DNA of 64,000 nucleotides from a virus. How positions within the stretch are numbered: position 1 is the stretch's first letter; each line of letters starts with the position of its first letter. The notes below the pieces were generated by a model that made no database searches, was not told the origin of the DNA, and saw nothing but the letters and a program-made list of their open reading frames with translations. Of the stretch, positions 47,217-57,028 are shown piece by piece. The position numbers and the translations under genes are program-made. The stretch is taken from the IMG/VR virus record IMGVR_UViG_3300024255_000002. The stretch is one strand, 5' to 3'.

Positions 47217-47849
47217 ATGATTATAAGTCACTCAAAGAAGTTTATATTTTTAAGATGCCGTAAGACTGCCAGTGCTTCGGTTCAGCAATACTTTGCTGAT
47301 CATATTGATCCTGAAATAGATTTTGCTGGTCAAATGACAAGTTTAAATTTTCCAGGTATCAACGATAATAGAATAGCAAAAAATCCACATGTTGCATTAA
47401 CAACAGCATTAAGAAAAAGCAAAGAATATAATCTAATGCAAGATAAGTTAAAAGATTATTTTGTATTTTGTTTTGAAAGAAATCCATATAGAAAATGTAT
47501 ATCGCATTATTTGTATCATCATCAATATACTGAAATAGAACAACACAAATGGTTCAAAGACATGTCATTTCAAAGATATGTTTTTCATCCATCTAAACCC
47601 ACTGATAGACACATGTACACACTAGGTGCAAAAATATTAGCAAATCATGTTGCAAAATTTGAAAATATGGACCAAGAGATGGAGTTTATCTGTAAGAAAA
47701 TAGGTATACCATACACAGGATTGCCCCATTTACATAAGGGAAAATCAGATATTGTATTAGATGATTGGTATACACAAAAAGAAATGAAAGAAAGAATACA
47801 AAAGTTGTTTAAATGGGAACTTCAAACATTTAACTACAAATACGAATAA
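47217..47849 (+). CDS. Sulfotransferase family 2-like protein
   Basis: IISH..KFIF....KTASAS, RNPY...ISHY, KFEN. Confidence 0.85.
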   Translation: MIISHSKKFIFLRCRKTASASVQQYFADHIDPEIDFAGQMTSLNFPGINDNRIAKNPHVALTTALRKSKEYNLMQDKLKDYFVFCFERNPYRKCISHYLYHHQYTEIEQHKWFKDMSFQRYVFHPSKPTDRHMYTLGAKILANHVAKFENMDQEMEFICKKIGIPYTGLPHLHKGKSDIVLDDWYTQKEMKERIQKLFKWELQTFNYKYE

Positions 47850-47865
47850 TATAGATATTTTGTCA

Positions 47866-47873
47866 TATAAATA
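47866..47873 (+). promoter_or_regulatory. T4-type late promoter
   Basis: TATAAATA. Confidence 0.75.
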
Positions 47874-47891
47874 GTATAAAAAGGACATTTT

Positions 47892-48707
47892 ATGGCAGAA
47901 CCAGCAAGTAGAGAACAACTAAAACAGTATGCTTTAAGAACACTAGGTAAGCCTGTTATTGAGATAAATGTTGACGATGACCAACTAGAAGATAGATTGG
48001 ATGAGGCATTACAATATTTTGCTCAGTATCATTACGATGGTGTTGAAAGAGTATATCTTAAATATCAAGTAACACAAGCAGACAAAGACAGAATTTTATC
48101 ACCAAATGGTGACTCGACTATTACTGCAACTAAAGGATCAGTAACTTCAACATATAAACAGGCAAACAACTATATTATAGTTCCTGAAACAGTATTAGCT
48201 GTAACTAGATTATTCCCTCTATCAAGTAGAGGAAATCAAAATATGTTCGATGTTAGATATCAATTAAGATTAAATGACTTATATGATTTTTCTTCAACAT
48301 CTATTATTCATTACGATATGGTAATGAAACATTTAGATATGTTAGATCATATGTTAGTGGGTGAAAAACCAATTGACTTTAATATGCACAACAATAGATT
48401 GTACATTGCAATGGATTGGAAAACCGATATTCAAGTAGGCGAATATCTTGTTATCGAGTGTTATAGAAGATTAGACCCCTCTGAAAATACAGATGTGTTT
48501 AACGATATGTATTTAAAGAGATATGTAACATCTTTATTTAAAAGACAATGGGGAACTAACTTGTCTAAATTTGGTGGAGTTCAAATGATAGGTGGTGTTA
48601 CACTTAACGGATTAGAAATCTATCAACAGGCAAACCAAGAGATACAAACACTTGAAGATCAAATAAGAGGCACATTCGAATCACCTGTAACATACATGGT
48701 GGGATAG
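47892..48707 (+). CDS. gp13: Neck protein gp13
   Basis: LGKPVIEINVDDDQ, KRQWGTNLSKF, GGVTLNG. Confidence 0.95.
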   Translation: MAEPASREQLKQYALRTLGKPVIEINVDDDQLEDRLDEALQYFAQYHYDGVERVYLKYQVTQADKDRILSPNGDSTITATKGSVTSTYKQANNYIIVPETVLAVTRLFPLSSRGNQNMFDVRYQLRLNDLYDFSSTSIIHYDMVMKHLDMLDHMLVGEKPIDFNMHNNRLYIAMDWKTDIQVGEYLVIECYRRLDPSENTDVFNDMYLKRYVTSLFKRQWGTNLSKFGGVQMIGGVTLNGLEIYQQANQEIQTLEDQIRGTFESPVTYMVG

Positions 48708-48717
48708 GAGAAGATAA

Positions 48718-49518
48718 GTGAGCGTCAATCATTATTTCCAACATGGTATGGGAATCGGATCAGAATCCGAACAAAACTTACACGAAGATATAATCGTAGA
48801 GTCTTTAAAGATATTTGGCCACGATGTATATTATCTGCCTAGAAAACTAGTTAACCATGATTTAGTTTTAGGAGAAGACGTTTTAAGTCGTTTTGATCAT
48901 TCATACTTAGTTGAAATGTATATGGAAACAACTGAAGGTTTCCAAGGCGAACAGGAATTAATTAGTAAGTTTGGATTAGAAATAAGAGAAGATACAACGT
49001 TTGTTGTTGCAAAAAGAAGATGGCAATGGCAAGTTGATAATCCCGCAACACAGATAACTGAAGGAAGACCTAACGAAGGTGATTTAATATTCTTTCCTTT
49101 AATGAATTCATTTTTTGAAATACAGTTTGTTGAAGATCAACAACCGTTTTTTCAATTAGGAAATCTACCTATCTATAAATTAAGATGTACTAGATTTGAA
49201 TATTCTGGTGAAAGAATACGAACTGGTAATGCCGCTATGGATCAGGCAGAAACAAAATACTCACTAGATATTTTACAATGGAAAACTTTATTAGAAGACA
49301 ATTCAGGTGCATTAGTTTTAGAAACATCATCTGCTAGTGAAAGTCATCACATTATTAGTGATGAGTATCAGTATGAAGAACAAACAAGACAATATGCTGA
49401 CAATGAAACATTTGAGGCAGACGCTGGTTTTGGAACTGAAACTACAACAGATGATATAATAGACTTTAGCGAACTTAACCCATTTGGGGATCCTAAGGAT
49501 CCAGAAGGATTTTTATAA
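48718..49518 (+). CDS. gp14: Neck protein gp14
   Basis: EQNL, YYLPR, SKFGL, RPNEGDLI, PFFQLG, FSELNPFG; GTG start. Confidence 0.95.
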   Translation: MSVNHYFQHGMGIGSESEQNLHEDIIVESLKIFGHDVYYLPRKLVNHDLVLGEDVLSRFDHSYLVEMYMETTEGFQGEQELISKFGLEIREDTTFVVAKRRWQWQVDNPATQITEGRPNEGDLIFFPLMNSFFEIQFVEDQQPFFQLGNLPIYKLRCTRFEYSGERIRTGNAAMDQAETKYSLDILQWKTLLEDNSGALVLETSSASESHHIISDEYQYEEQTRQYADNETFEADAGFGTETTTDDIIDFSELNPFGDPKDPEGFL

Positions 49519-50321
49519 TGTTTAATAGTCCATATTTCTACCATGAAACACTAAGAAACACTGTTGTTGCTTTTGGAACAATATTTAATAATATTCATAT
49601 TCATAGAACAGATAGTGACAACAAGGTTATTCAAAAAATAAAAGTGCCATTATCATATGCACCTAAAGAAAAGTTTTTAACAAGATTAGAACAACAACCT
49701 AATTTAGAAGATAGAGAGTTTGCTGTAACATTGCCTAGAATGGGATTTGAGATTACAGGTATTAACTATGACTCAGCTAGAAAGTTAAATAAATTATCTT
49801 CAATAAGAACACCAGGTTCAACAAATTCTACAGTAAATGTTGTTTATAATCCTGTACCATATAATATAAGTTTTAATCTTTATGCCTTTACAGCAACTGC
49901 TGAAGGTGGTTTACAAATTGTTGAACAGATTATGCCGTACTTTGCACCTGATTATACTATTACAGTTAATCTAATTAGAAGTATGAATATTAAAAGAGAT
50001 GTACCTATTGTATTAAACAATGTAACTTATGATGATACCTACGATGGTTCATACACACAAAGAAGAGCAATCAACTGGACAATGTCATTTACTGCTAAGA
50101 CATATCTATTTGGTCCTGTAAATGAAGGTGGTAAAGTTATCAAAAAAACTATTGTCGATTTATATACAGACACAGATACATCAAGCACTAGAGAGGAAAG
50201 AATTATTACTGTTCCTAATCCTACATCGGCAAATGCTGATGATGATTTTGGATTTACAACAACTATACAAAACTTTAGTGACAGTAAGAATTTTGATCCT
50301 GGCGACGGCACAGATAAATAA
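49518..50321 (+). CDS. gp15: Tail terminator / sheath stabiliser gp15
   Basis: FGTIFNNI, VPLSYAPKEKF, LPRMGFE, QIVEQIMPYF. Confidence 0.95.
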   Translation: MFNSPYFYHETLRNTVVAFGTIFNNIHIHRTDSDNKVIQKIKVPLSYAPKEKFLTRLEQQPNLEDREFAVTLPRMGFEITGINYDSARKLNKLSSIRTPGSTNSTVNVVYNPVPYNISFNLYAFTATAEGGLQIVEQIMPYFAPDYTITVNLIRSMNIKRDVPIVLNNVTYDDTYDGSYTQRRAINWTMSFTAKTYLFGPVNEGGKVIKKTIVDLYTDTDTSSTREERIITVPNPTSANADDDFGFTTTIQNFSDSKNFDPGDGTDK

Positions 50322-50335
50322 ATTAAGGAAATATT

Positions 50336-50812
50336 ATGAGTATAGATGAAAAAATAAATGAAGCACTTGGTATCTCTAACGATAAACCAGTTACAAAGGC
50401 TGTAGTTAAACAAGAATACACTCCGCCAGTTCCTAGAGTTGAAGATAAGGAAAAAGATGATGTTGATAATGACTACAAATATAGTAGAGAAAACTATTAC
50501 AATCTTATAGAACGAGGCCAAGACGCAATACAAGGCATACTTGATATTGCAAATCAAAGTCAACATCCTAGAGCATATGAAGTTGCAGGAAATTTAATTA
50601 AACAAGTTGCAGATACAGTTGATAAGTTACAAGACTTACAAGGCAAACTAAAGAGTCTTAAAGAAGTTCCAAAGAACACAAATAATACAAATATTAAACA
50701 GGCACTTTTTGTAGGTTCTAGTTCGGAACTTCATAAGTTATTAAAGAATAAAAATAAAAATGTAACTGCTGATGAAGATAAAGATTTTACGGAAATAAAA
50801 GATGGCAACTAA
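50336..50812 (+). CDS. gp16: Terminase small subunit gp16
   Basis: DYKYSR, HPRAYEV, ALFVGSSSEL. Confidence 0.93.
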   Translation: MSIDEKINEALGISNDKPVTKAVVKQEYTPPVPRVEDKEKDDVDNDYKYSRENYYNLIERGQDAIQGILDIANQSQHPRAYEVAGNLIKQVADTVDKLQDLQGKLKSLKEVPKNTNNTNIKQALFVGSSSELHKLLKNKNKNVTADEDKDFTEIKDGN

Positions 50813-52445
50813 TCAAAATCAATATTTAGGAAACCCAAATTTACATAAGGCAAATACTCCTATAGAGTACTCTGAACATGAAGTTAGAGAACTTGCAAAG
50901 TGTATGGAAGATCCTATATATTTTATTTCTAACTATATTCGTATTGTAAGTATTGATGAAGGTTTAGTTCCTTTTGAATTATACAAGTTCCAAGAAAGAA
51001 TGGTCGATACATTTCATAATAATAGATTTACAATATGTAAGTTACCTAGGCAGTCTGGTAAATCAACAACTATCATTGCATACTTATTACATCAAGTTAT
51101 CTTTAATGATAACTTTAATGTTGCCATACTTGCCAACAAAAGTTCAACTGCTAGAGACTTATTAGGAAGATTACAACTTGCATATGAAAACTTACCTAAG
51201 TTTCTTCAGCAAGGTGTATTAAACTGGAACAAAGGTTCTTTAGAATTAGAAAATAATTCAAAGATTATGGCCGCCTCAACTTCTTCAAGTGCAATTCGAG
51301 GTGGATCATTTAATATAATCTTCCTTGATGAGTTTGCGTTTATACCTGCCAATATAGCAGATCAGTTTTTTAGTTCAGTTTATCCTACAATATCATCTGG
51401 TAAAAAATCTAAAATGATGATTGTATCTACTCCTCATGGAATGAATATGTTTTATAAACTATGGAATGATGCTGTAAATAAAAACAATGATTATGTTCCT
51501 ATCGATGTTCATTGGTCAGAGGTTCCTGGTAGAGATGAAAAATGGAAAGAACAAACAATTAGAAATACAAGTGAGGCACAGTTTTCACAAGAGTTTGATT
51601 GTGAGTTTGTTGGATCAATTGATACATTATTAAATCCGTCTAAGTTAAGAACACTATCTCACAGTACACCGATTATATCAAGTGGTGGATTAGATATGTA
51701 TGAAAGACCACAAAAAGGTAAAGACTATGTTATAACTGTTGACGTTGCAAGAGGAACTATGAAAGACTATTCAGCGTTTGTAGTTATGGATGTTTCAAAA
51801 ATGCCATATAGAATGGTTGCAAAATTTAGAGACAACGAAATTAAACCTATTTTATTTCCTCACACAATTGAAAAAGTTGCAAGACAATATAACAAAGCAT
51901 ATGTTTGTGTTGAAGTGAACGATATAGGACATCAAGTGGCAGACGCATTACAATTTGAATTAGAGTATGACAACTTAATGATGTGTATGATGAAAGGCCG
52001 TGCAGGTCAAATACTAGGTGGTGGATTTTCTAAAAAAGGTTCTCAAATGGGTGTTAAGATGACAAAACAAGTAAAGAGAGTTGGATGCACAAACTTAAAA
52101 TCTTTGATTGAAGCAGACAAGTTACTTGTTAATGATTTTAACATTATTGAAGAACTTTCAACATTTATTAGAAAGGGTCATAGTTTTCAGGCTGAAGAAG
52201 GTAACACAGATGATTTAGTTATGTGTTTAGTTATATTTGCATGGATATCAAATCAAAGATATTTTAAAGAACTTACAAACCAAGACGTTAGAGCAAGAAT
52301 GTACGAAGAACAGGCAAACGCAATAGAACAAGATATGGCACCATTTGGATTTATGAATGACGGAATTAATGATATGGAATCAATAGTCGATGATCAAGGA
52401 GAAGTTTGGACTCCTGTTACTATACGAAAAGGTGATCTTCTCTAA
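50802..52445 (+). CDS. gp17: Terminase large subunit gp17
   Basis: PRQSGKST Walker A, FLDEFAF Walker B, STPHG, DDLVM. Confidence 0.97.
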   Translation: MATNQNQYLGNPNLHKANTPIEYSEHEVRELAKCMEDPIYFISNYIRIVSIDEGLVPFELYKFQERMVDTFHNNRFTICKLPRQSGKSTTIIAYLLHQVIFNDNFNVAILANKSSTARDLLGRLQLAYENLPKFLQQGVLNWNKGSLELENNSKIMAASTSSSAIRGGSFNIIFLDEFAFIPANIADQFFSSVYPTISSGKKSKMMIVSTPHGMNMFYKLWNDAVNKNNDYVPIDVHWSEVPGRDEKWKEQTIRNTSEAQFSQEFDCEFVGSIDTLLNPSKLRTLSHSTPIISSGGLDMYERPQKGKDYVITVDVARGTMKDYSAFVVMDVSKMPYRMVAKFRDNEIKPILFPHTIEKVARQYNKAYVCVEVNDIGHQVADALQFELEYDNLMMCMMKGRAGQILGGGFSKKGSQMGVKMTKQVKRVGCTNLKSLIEADKLLVNDFNIIEELSTFIRKGHSFQAEEGNTDDLVMCLVIFAWISNQRYFKELTNQDVRARMYEEQANAIEQDMAPFGFMNDGINDMESIVDDQGEVWTPVTIRKGDLL

Positions 52446-52456
52446 AATCTCATTTA

Positions 52457-52464
52457 CATAAATA
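52457..52464 (+). promoter_or_regulatory. Late promoter variant CATAAATA
   Basis: Upstream of gp18. Confidence 0.55.
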
Positions 52465-52511
52465 GAAGTGAGAATTAATGATACTTTATTAGCTAATAAG
52501 GAGAACAACAT

Positions 52512-54419
52512 ATGGCATTTCAAGTTTCACCAGGTGTTCTTGTAAAAGAAAAAGATTTGACAAATGTTATACCGGCAGTAGCAACATCTATTGGTGCTTA
52601 CGCAGGTGATTTCACAAAGGGTCCCGTTGATGAAATCGTTACTATTACTTCAGAGAAGCAACTAGTAGCAACATTTGGAAAACCTAACTCGGATAACTTT
52701 GAGCACTTTTTTAGTGCTGCTAGTTTCCTAAGTTACTCAAATAATCTTAGAATTGTACGAGCAACAAATACTGGTCTATTAAACGCAACTGCTGAGACAG
52801 GTGGTTTACTAGTAAAAAACACAGATGATTACCAAACAAACTTCCAAGATGGTCAAGGTTCAGTAGGACTTTGGGCTGCAAGAACTGGTGGTGCATGGGG
52901 TAATGGTCTAAAAATTTCAATGTGTCCAAGTGCTTCAGTATATGAAGAACTTGCTAAAACAACAGTAGCAAGTTCAGACTTAGCTGTTGCTGACACTACA
53001 ATAACATTAGCAGACGCTACAGGATTTAATGTAGGCGATATAGTTAATTTTGGTGAAGACGGTGGTTACGAATACAGAGTAACTTCTATTTCAACAAATG
53101 ATATTACTATCGTTAGACATCCATCAGGCGTTGGTGGACTACACACAGTAGTTGCTAACGGCGCTTCAGTAAGAAGAAGATGGAGATACTATGACCTAGT
53201 AAGTGCTGCTCCAGGAACATCAGCGTATGCTTCAGAGAGAAATGGATCAAATGATGAAATTCACATCGTAGTTATAGACGAAGATGGGGATATTTCAGGT
53301 GCATTAGGTTCAGTATTAGAAGTGTATGATGCTGTTTCAGTTGCTTCAGACGCAAAAACTCCACAAGGAGATACTAACTATTATAGAGATGTAATATTCG
53401 CTAGATCAGAATATATCTATTGGATGGATCATCACGCTAGTGGTACTAATTGGGGTTCTGCTGTTTTAAATACAACTTTCACAAGTGTAACAACATTATC
53501 AGATATTAGTTTGACTAACGGTGCTGATGGCACAACTGCTACTATCGGACAAATGAAAACTGCTTATGAGAAGTTCCAAGATACAGAATCAGTTGATGTA
53601 AATTTAATCATCGCTGGTCCTTGTTCATCTGCTCATATTGATAACTTAATCACAGTTGCTGAAGAAAGAAAAGACGCTATGGTTTTTGCTTCTCCAGAAA
53701 GAAGTGATGTTGTCAATGTTACTAACACTAACACAGCAACTTCAAATATTGTTTCATTCTTTAACAATATCAGATCATCATCTTATGTAGTTTTCGATAG
53801 TGGTTACAAATACACTTACGACAAATACAATGATGTATTCAGATATGTTCCATTAAACGGAGACATCGCTGGATTATGTGCTAGAACTGATCTAGTGGCA
53901 GATTCATGGTTCTCTCCTGCTGGATTAAACAGAGGAAATATTAGAGGCGCTGTAAAACTTGCTTTCAATCCTAATAAAATTGAAAGAGATCAGTTATACA
54001 GAGCAAGAATAAATCCCGTTGTTTCATTCCCAGGACAAGGAACAGTATTGTTTGGAGACAAAACAGGACTATCAAAAGCTAGTGCATTTGACAGAATCAA
54101 TGTAAGAAGATTGTTTATCGTATTAGAGAAGGCAATCTCAACTGCTTCTAAATTTCAATTATTTGAGTTTAACGATGAGTTTACTAGAGCACAATTTAGA
54201 AACATCGCTGAACCATTCCTAAGAGACGTACAAGGTCGAAGAGGAATTACAGACTTCTTGGTTGTTTGTGACGAAACAAATAACACAGGAGATGTAATTG
54301 ATAGAAATGAGTTTAGAGCAGACATTTATGTCAAACCAGCTAGATCAATCAACTTTATAACACTAACTTTCGTTGCGACTAGAACAGGCGTTGCTTTCGA
54401 AGAAGTGGTAGGAGCTTAG
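52512..54419 (+). CDS. gp18: Tail sheath protein gp18
   Basis: SPGV..KE.DLT, WFSPAG.NRG, FDRINVRRLF, FEFNDEFTR. Confidence 0.97.
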   Translation: MAFQVSPGVLVKEKDLTNVIPAVATSIGAYAGDFTKGPVDEIVTITSEKQLVATFGKPNSDNFEHFFSAASFLSYSNNLRIVRATNTGLLNATAETGGLLVKNTDDYQTNFQDGQGSVGLWAARTGGAWGNGLKISMCPSASVYEELAKTTVASSDLAVADTTITLADATGFNVGDIVNFGEDGGYEYRVTSISTNDITIVRHPSGVGGLHTVVANGASVRRRWRYYDLVSAAPGTSAYASERNGSNDEIHIVVIDEDGDISGALGSVLEVYDAVSVASDAKTPQGDTNYYRDVIFARSEYIYWMDHHASGTNWGSAVLNTTFTSVTTLSDISLTNGADGTTATIGQMKTAYEKFQDTESVDVNLIIAGPCSSAHIDNLITVAEERKDAMVFASPERSDVVNVTNTNTATSNIVSFFNNIRSSSYVVFDSGYKYTYDKYNDVFRYVPLNGDIAGLCARTDLVADSWFSPAGLNRGNIRGAVKLAFNPNKIERDQLYRARINPVVSFPGQGTVLFGDKTGLSKASAFDRINVRRLFIVLEKAISTASKFQLFEFNDEFTRAQFRNIAEPFLRDVQGRRGITDFLVVCDETNNTGDVIDRNEFRADIYVKPARSINFITLTFVATRTGVAFEEVVGA

Positions 54420-54429
54420 GAGGATAATT

Positions 54430-54957
54430 ATGCCAAGTATTAATGATTTTAAAGCTAGATTAAAAGGTGGCGGAGCTCGTCCTAATCAGTTTAGAGTTAC
54501 TCTACCATTTCCTGGATTTGCAGCTATCGGTGCTGAGACAGAGACTATGTCTTATCTTTGTACTTCAACTAGTTTGCCAGGGATGACTATTGGAGAAATT
54601 GCTGTTCCATTTAGAGGAAGAGAGTTATATGTTGCAGGTGAAAGAACATTTGCTACATGGACTACTACAATTCTAAACGATAGTGATTTCTTAGTAAGAA
54701 ACGCTTACGAAAGATGGATGAATGGTATCAACAACATGTCAGATAACGAAGGATTAACAAATCCATCTGACTACCAAGTTGACGCTTTCATTGATCAATT
54801 AGATAGAAGTGGAAATGTTATTAAGTCATACACGTTTAGAGGTATGTTCCCAACATCAATAGATGATATTGGATTGGGATATGATCAAAACAATGCTATC
54901 GAGGAGTTCACAGCAACTCATAGATATCAATATTTTGAAACAAATACTACAACTTAA
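54430..54957 (+). CDS. gp19: Tail tube protein gp19
   Basis: GGARPNQF, LPG, FRGR...AGERTF..W, QLDR. Confidence 0.96.
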   Translation: MPSINDFKARLKGGGARPNQFRVTLPFPGFAAIGAETETMSYLCTSTSLPGMTIGEIAVPFRGRELYVAGERTFATWTTTILNDSDFLVRNAYERWMNGINNMSDNEGLTNPSDYQVDAFIDQLDRSGNVIKSYTFRGMFPTSIDDIGLGYDQNNAIEEFTATHRYQYFETNTTT

Positions 54958-54977
54958 TACAGATTAAGTGATTATGG

Positions 54978-54994
54978 GGGCGCTTTTAGCGCCC
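54978..54994 (+). terminator. GC-rich hairpin after gp19
   Basis: GGGCGCT-TTT-AGCGCCC; weak U tract. Confidence 0.5.
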
Positions 54995-54995
54995 T

Positions 54996-55003
54996 TATAA
55001 ATA
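54996..55003 (+). promoter_or_regulatory. T4-type late promoter
   Basis: TATAAATA. Confidence 0.75.
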
Positions 55004-55035
55004 AAAGTATATATAATGTTAAAAAGGAGTATTAA

Positions 55036-56550
55036 ATGGCTGAATTATTTGGATTCAAAATAGAACGATTAGGTAGTAAAGAAACTGATCCAAGACAAAA
55101 TATAGTACCACCTCAAGCAGACGATGGCACACAAGTTGTTCCTGCTGGTGGTTTTTTTGCGTCTTATGGCGGATTTGAACAAGGTACAAGAAACGAATTA
55201 GATTTAATAAGAAGATACAGAGAAGTTGCTCTACATCCTGAATGTGATAGTGCTGTTGAGGATATAGTATCAGAGTCAATTGTATCTAATGAGAATCAAC
55301 AATCAGTTCAACTTGATTTATCAAAAGTTGAATATACAGACGCAATCAAAAAGAAAATAAGAGAATCGTTTAAAGATGTTTTAAATCTTTTAAACTTTGA
55401 TATTAAAGGGCATGACATCTTTAGAAGATGGTATGTTGATGGAAGAGTTTACTTTCATAAAATTATAGACAAAGATTCTCCAAGATTGGGTATAACAGAA
55501 TTAAGATATATTGATCCTAGAAAGATCAAAAAGATAAGAGAAGTAAGAAAACAAAGAACAGATGGCGTTCCAAGTTCATTTGCATTTGAAAATAAGTTCC
55601 AAGAGTATTATATCTTTAACGAAAAAGGAATACATCCAACTTCAACAACTAACACAGGTGGGTTGAGAATTGCCACAGATGCCATTTCATATTGTCCATC
55701 TGGATTAGTAGATCAATCACAAAATCAAGTTTTATCTTACTTGCATAAAGCAATTAAACCAGTTAATCAATTAAGAATGATTGAAGACGCTGTTGTTATT
55801 TACAGAATTGCAAGAGCACCTGAAAGAAGAATATTTTATATTGATGTAGGTAACTTACCTAAAATCAAGGCCGAACAATATCTAAGAGATGTTATGGCAA
55901 GATATAGAAATAAAATGGTTTATGATGCTTCTACTGGAGAAATCAGAGATGATAGAAATCAGATGAGTATGTTAGAAGATTTTTGGTTACCTCGTAGAGA
56001 AGGTGGTAGAGGAACTGAAATTACTACATTACCTGGTGGTCAAAACTTAGGACAAATAGAAGATATAGAATATTTCCAAAAGAAATTATATAGATCATTA
56101 AATGTTCCAATTAGTAGATTAGAAAGTGGATCAGGATTTAATTTAGGAAGAGCTGCTGAAATTAGTAGAGATGAAGTTAAGTTTACTAAATTCATTGGCA
56201 GACTAAGAAAAAAATTCTGTATGTTATTCCATGATTTATTAAAAACACAATTAATTCTAAAAGGTGTTATTGCACCTGAGGAATGGGATGTGTTACAAGG
56301 TAACATTACATACAATTTCTTACAAGATGGATATTTTGCTGAACTAAAAAATTCAGAAATGTTAGCTGCTAGATTAAATCTAGTTAGAGACGTAGAACAA
56401 TATGTTGGTAAATATTTCTCACATGAGTATATTAGAACTAAGATATTAAAACAAAACGAACTAGAACAAGCAGAAATAGATCAACAAATTAAATCTGAGG
56501 CACCAGAACAACCACAACAAGAAGTGCCACAGGATAATAAAGGAGAATAA
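55036..56550 (+). CDS. gp20: Portal protein gp20
   Basis: FRRWYVDGR, YRIARAPERRIFYIDVGNLPK, EDFWLPRREGGRGTEI. Confidence 0.97.
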   Translation: MAELFGFKIERLGSKETDPRQNIVPPQADDGTQVVPAGGFFASYGGFEQGTRNELDLIRRYREVALHPECDSAVEDIVSESIVSNENQQSVQLDLSKVEYTDAIKKKIRESFKDVLNLLNFDIKGHDIFRRWYVDGRVYFHKIIDKDSPRLGITELRYIDPRKIKKIREVRKQRTDGVPSSFAFENKFQEYYIFNEKGIHPTSTTNTGGLRIATDAISYCPSGLVDQSQNQVLSYLHKAIKPVNQLRMIEDAVVIYRIARAPERRIFYIDVGNLPKIKAEQYLRDVMARYRNKMVYDASTGEIRDDRNQMSMLEDFWLPRREGGRGTEITTLPGGQNLGQIEDIEYFQKKLYRSLNVPISRLESGSGFNLGRAAEISRDEVKFTKFIGRLRKKFCMLFHDLLKTQLILKGVIAPEEWDVLQGNITYNFLQDGYFAELKNSEMLAARLNLVRDVEQYVGKYFSHEYIRTKILKQNELEQAEIDQQIKSEAPEQPQQEVPQDNKGE

Positions 56551-56552
56551 TT

Positions 56553-56777
56553 ATGAGTAAAGATGATATTAAAAAATTTGTAAATTCAGTCGTAGATAAC
56601 GATAACATACAAGCACAAAAAGACTTTGCAGCTGCTGTATCAGATAAGATCGGATCAGCAATCGATGCCCAAAAACAAGAAGTCGGTAGATCAATGTTTA
56701 CAGGACAACAAGGTGTTGGCGCTCCAGAAGCAAATGTTTTTAGTGGAGGTAATATAGAAGGATCAACAGATGGTTAA
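56553..56777 (+). CDS. Prohead core protein (gp67-like)
   Basis: Small helical ORF directly after the portal gene. Confidence 0.55.
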   Translation: MSKDDIKKFVNSVVDNDNIQAQKDFAAAVSDKIGSAIDAQKQEVGRSMFTGQQGVGAPEANVFSGGNIEGSTDG

Positions 56778-57027
56778 GACGTTCAGTAAATTTAAAGATG
56801 ATATTATAACTGAAACAAATGACTATAAGAGAACTAGGCAATATAACAAATTGAATCCTAGATTAAAACAAGCAGTAGATATGGTGTTTAAAGCCGCTGA
56901 TAAAGGTGGTGACGTTATTTCAAACTTTGAAAAAAATGTTAATACTGCTTCTAAGAAATTCAATGTTAAAGTAGATGACTTGATGGATTATTTTGATAAA
57001 GAAACACTAACCATTTTAAGGAGATAG
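56770..57027 (+). CDS. Small prohead/internal head protein (gp68-like position)
   Basis: KTFSKF N-terminus and IITE possible gp21 cleavage site. Confidence 0.5.
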   Translation: MVKTFSKFKDDIITETNDYKRTRQYNKLNPRLKQAVDMVFKAADKGGDVISNFEKNVNTASKKFNVKVDDLMDYFDKETLTILRR

Positions 57028-57028
57028 T

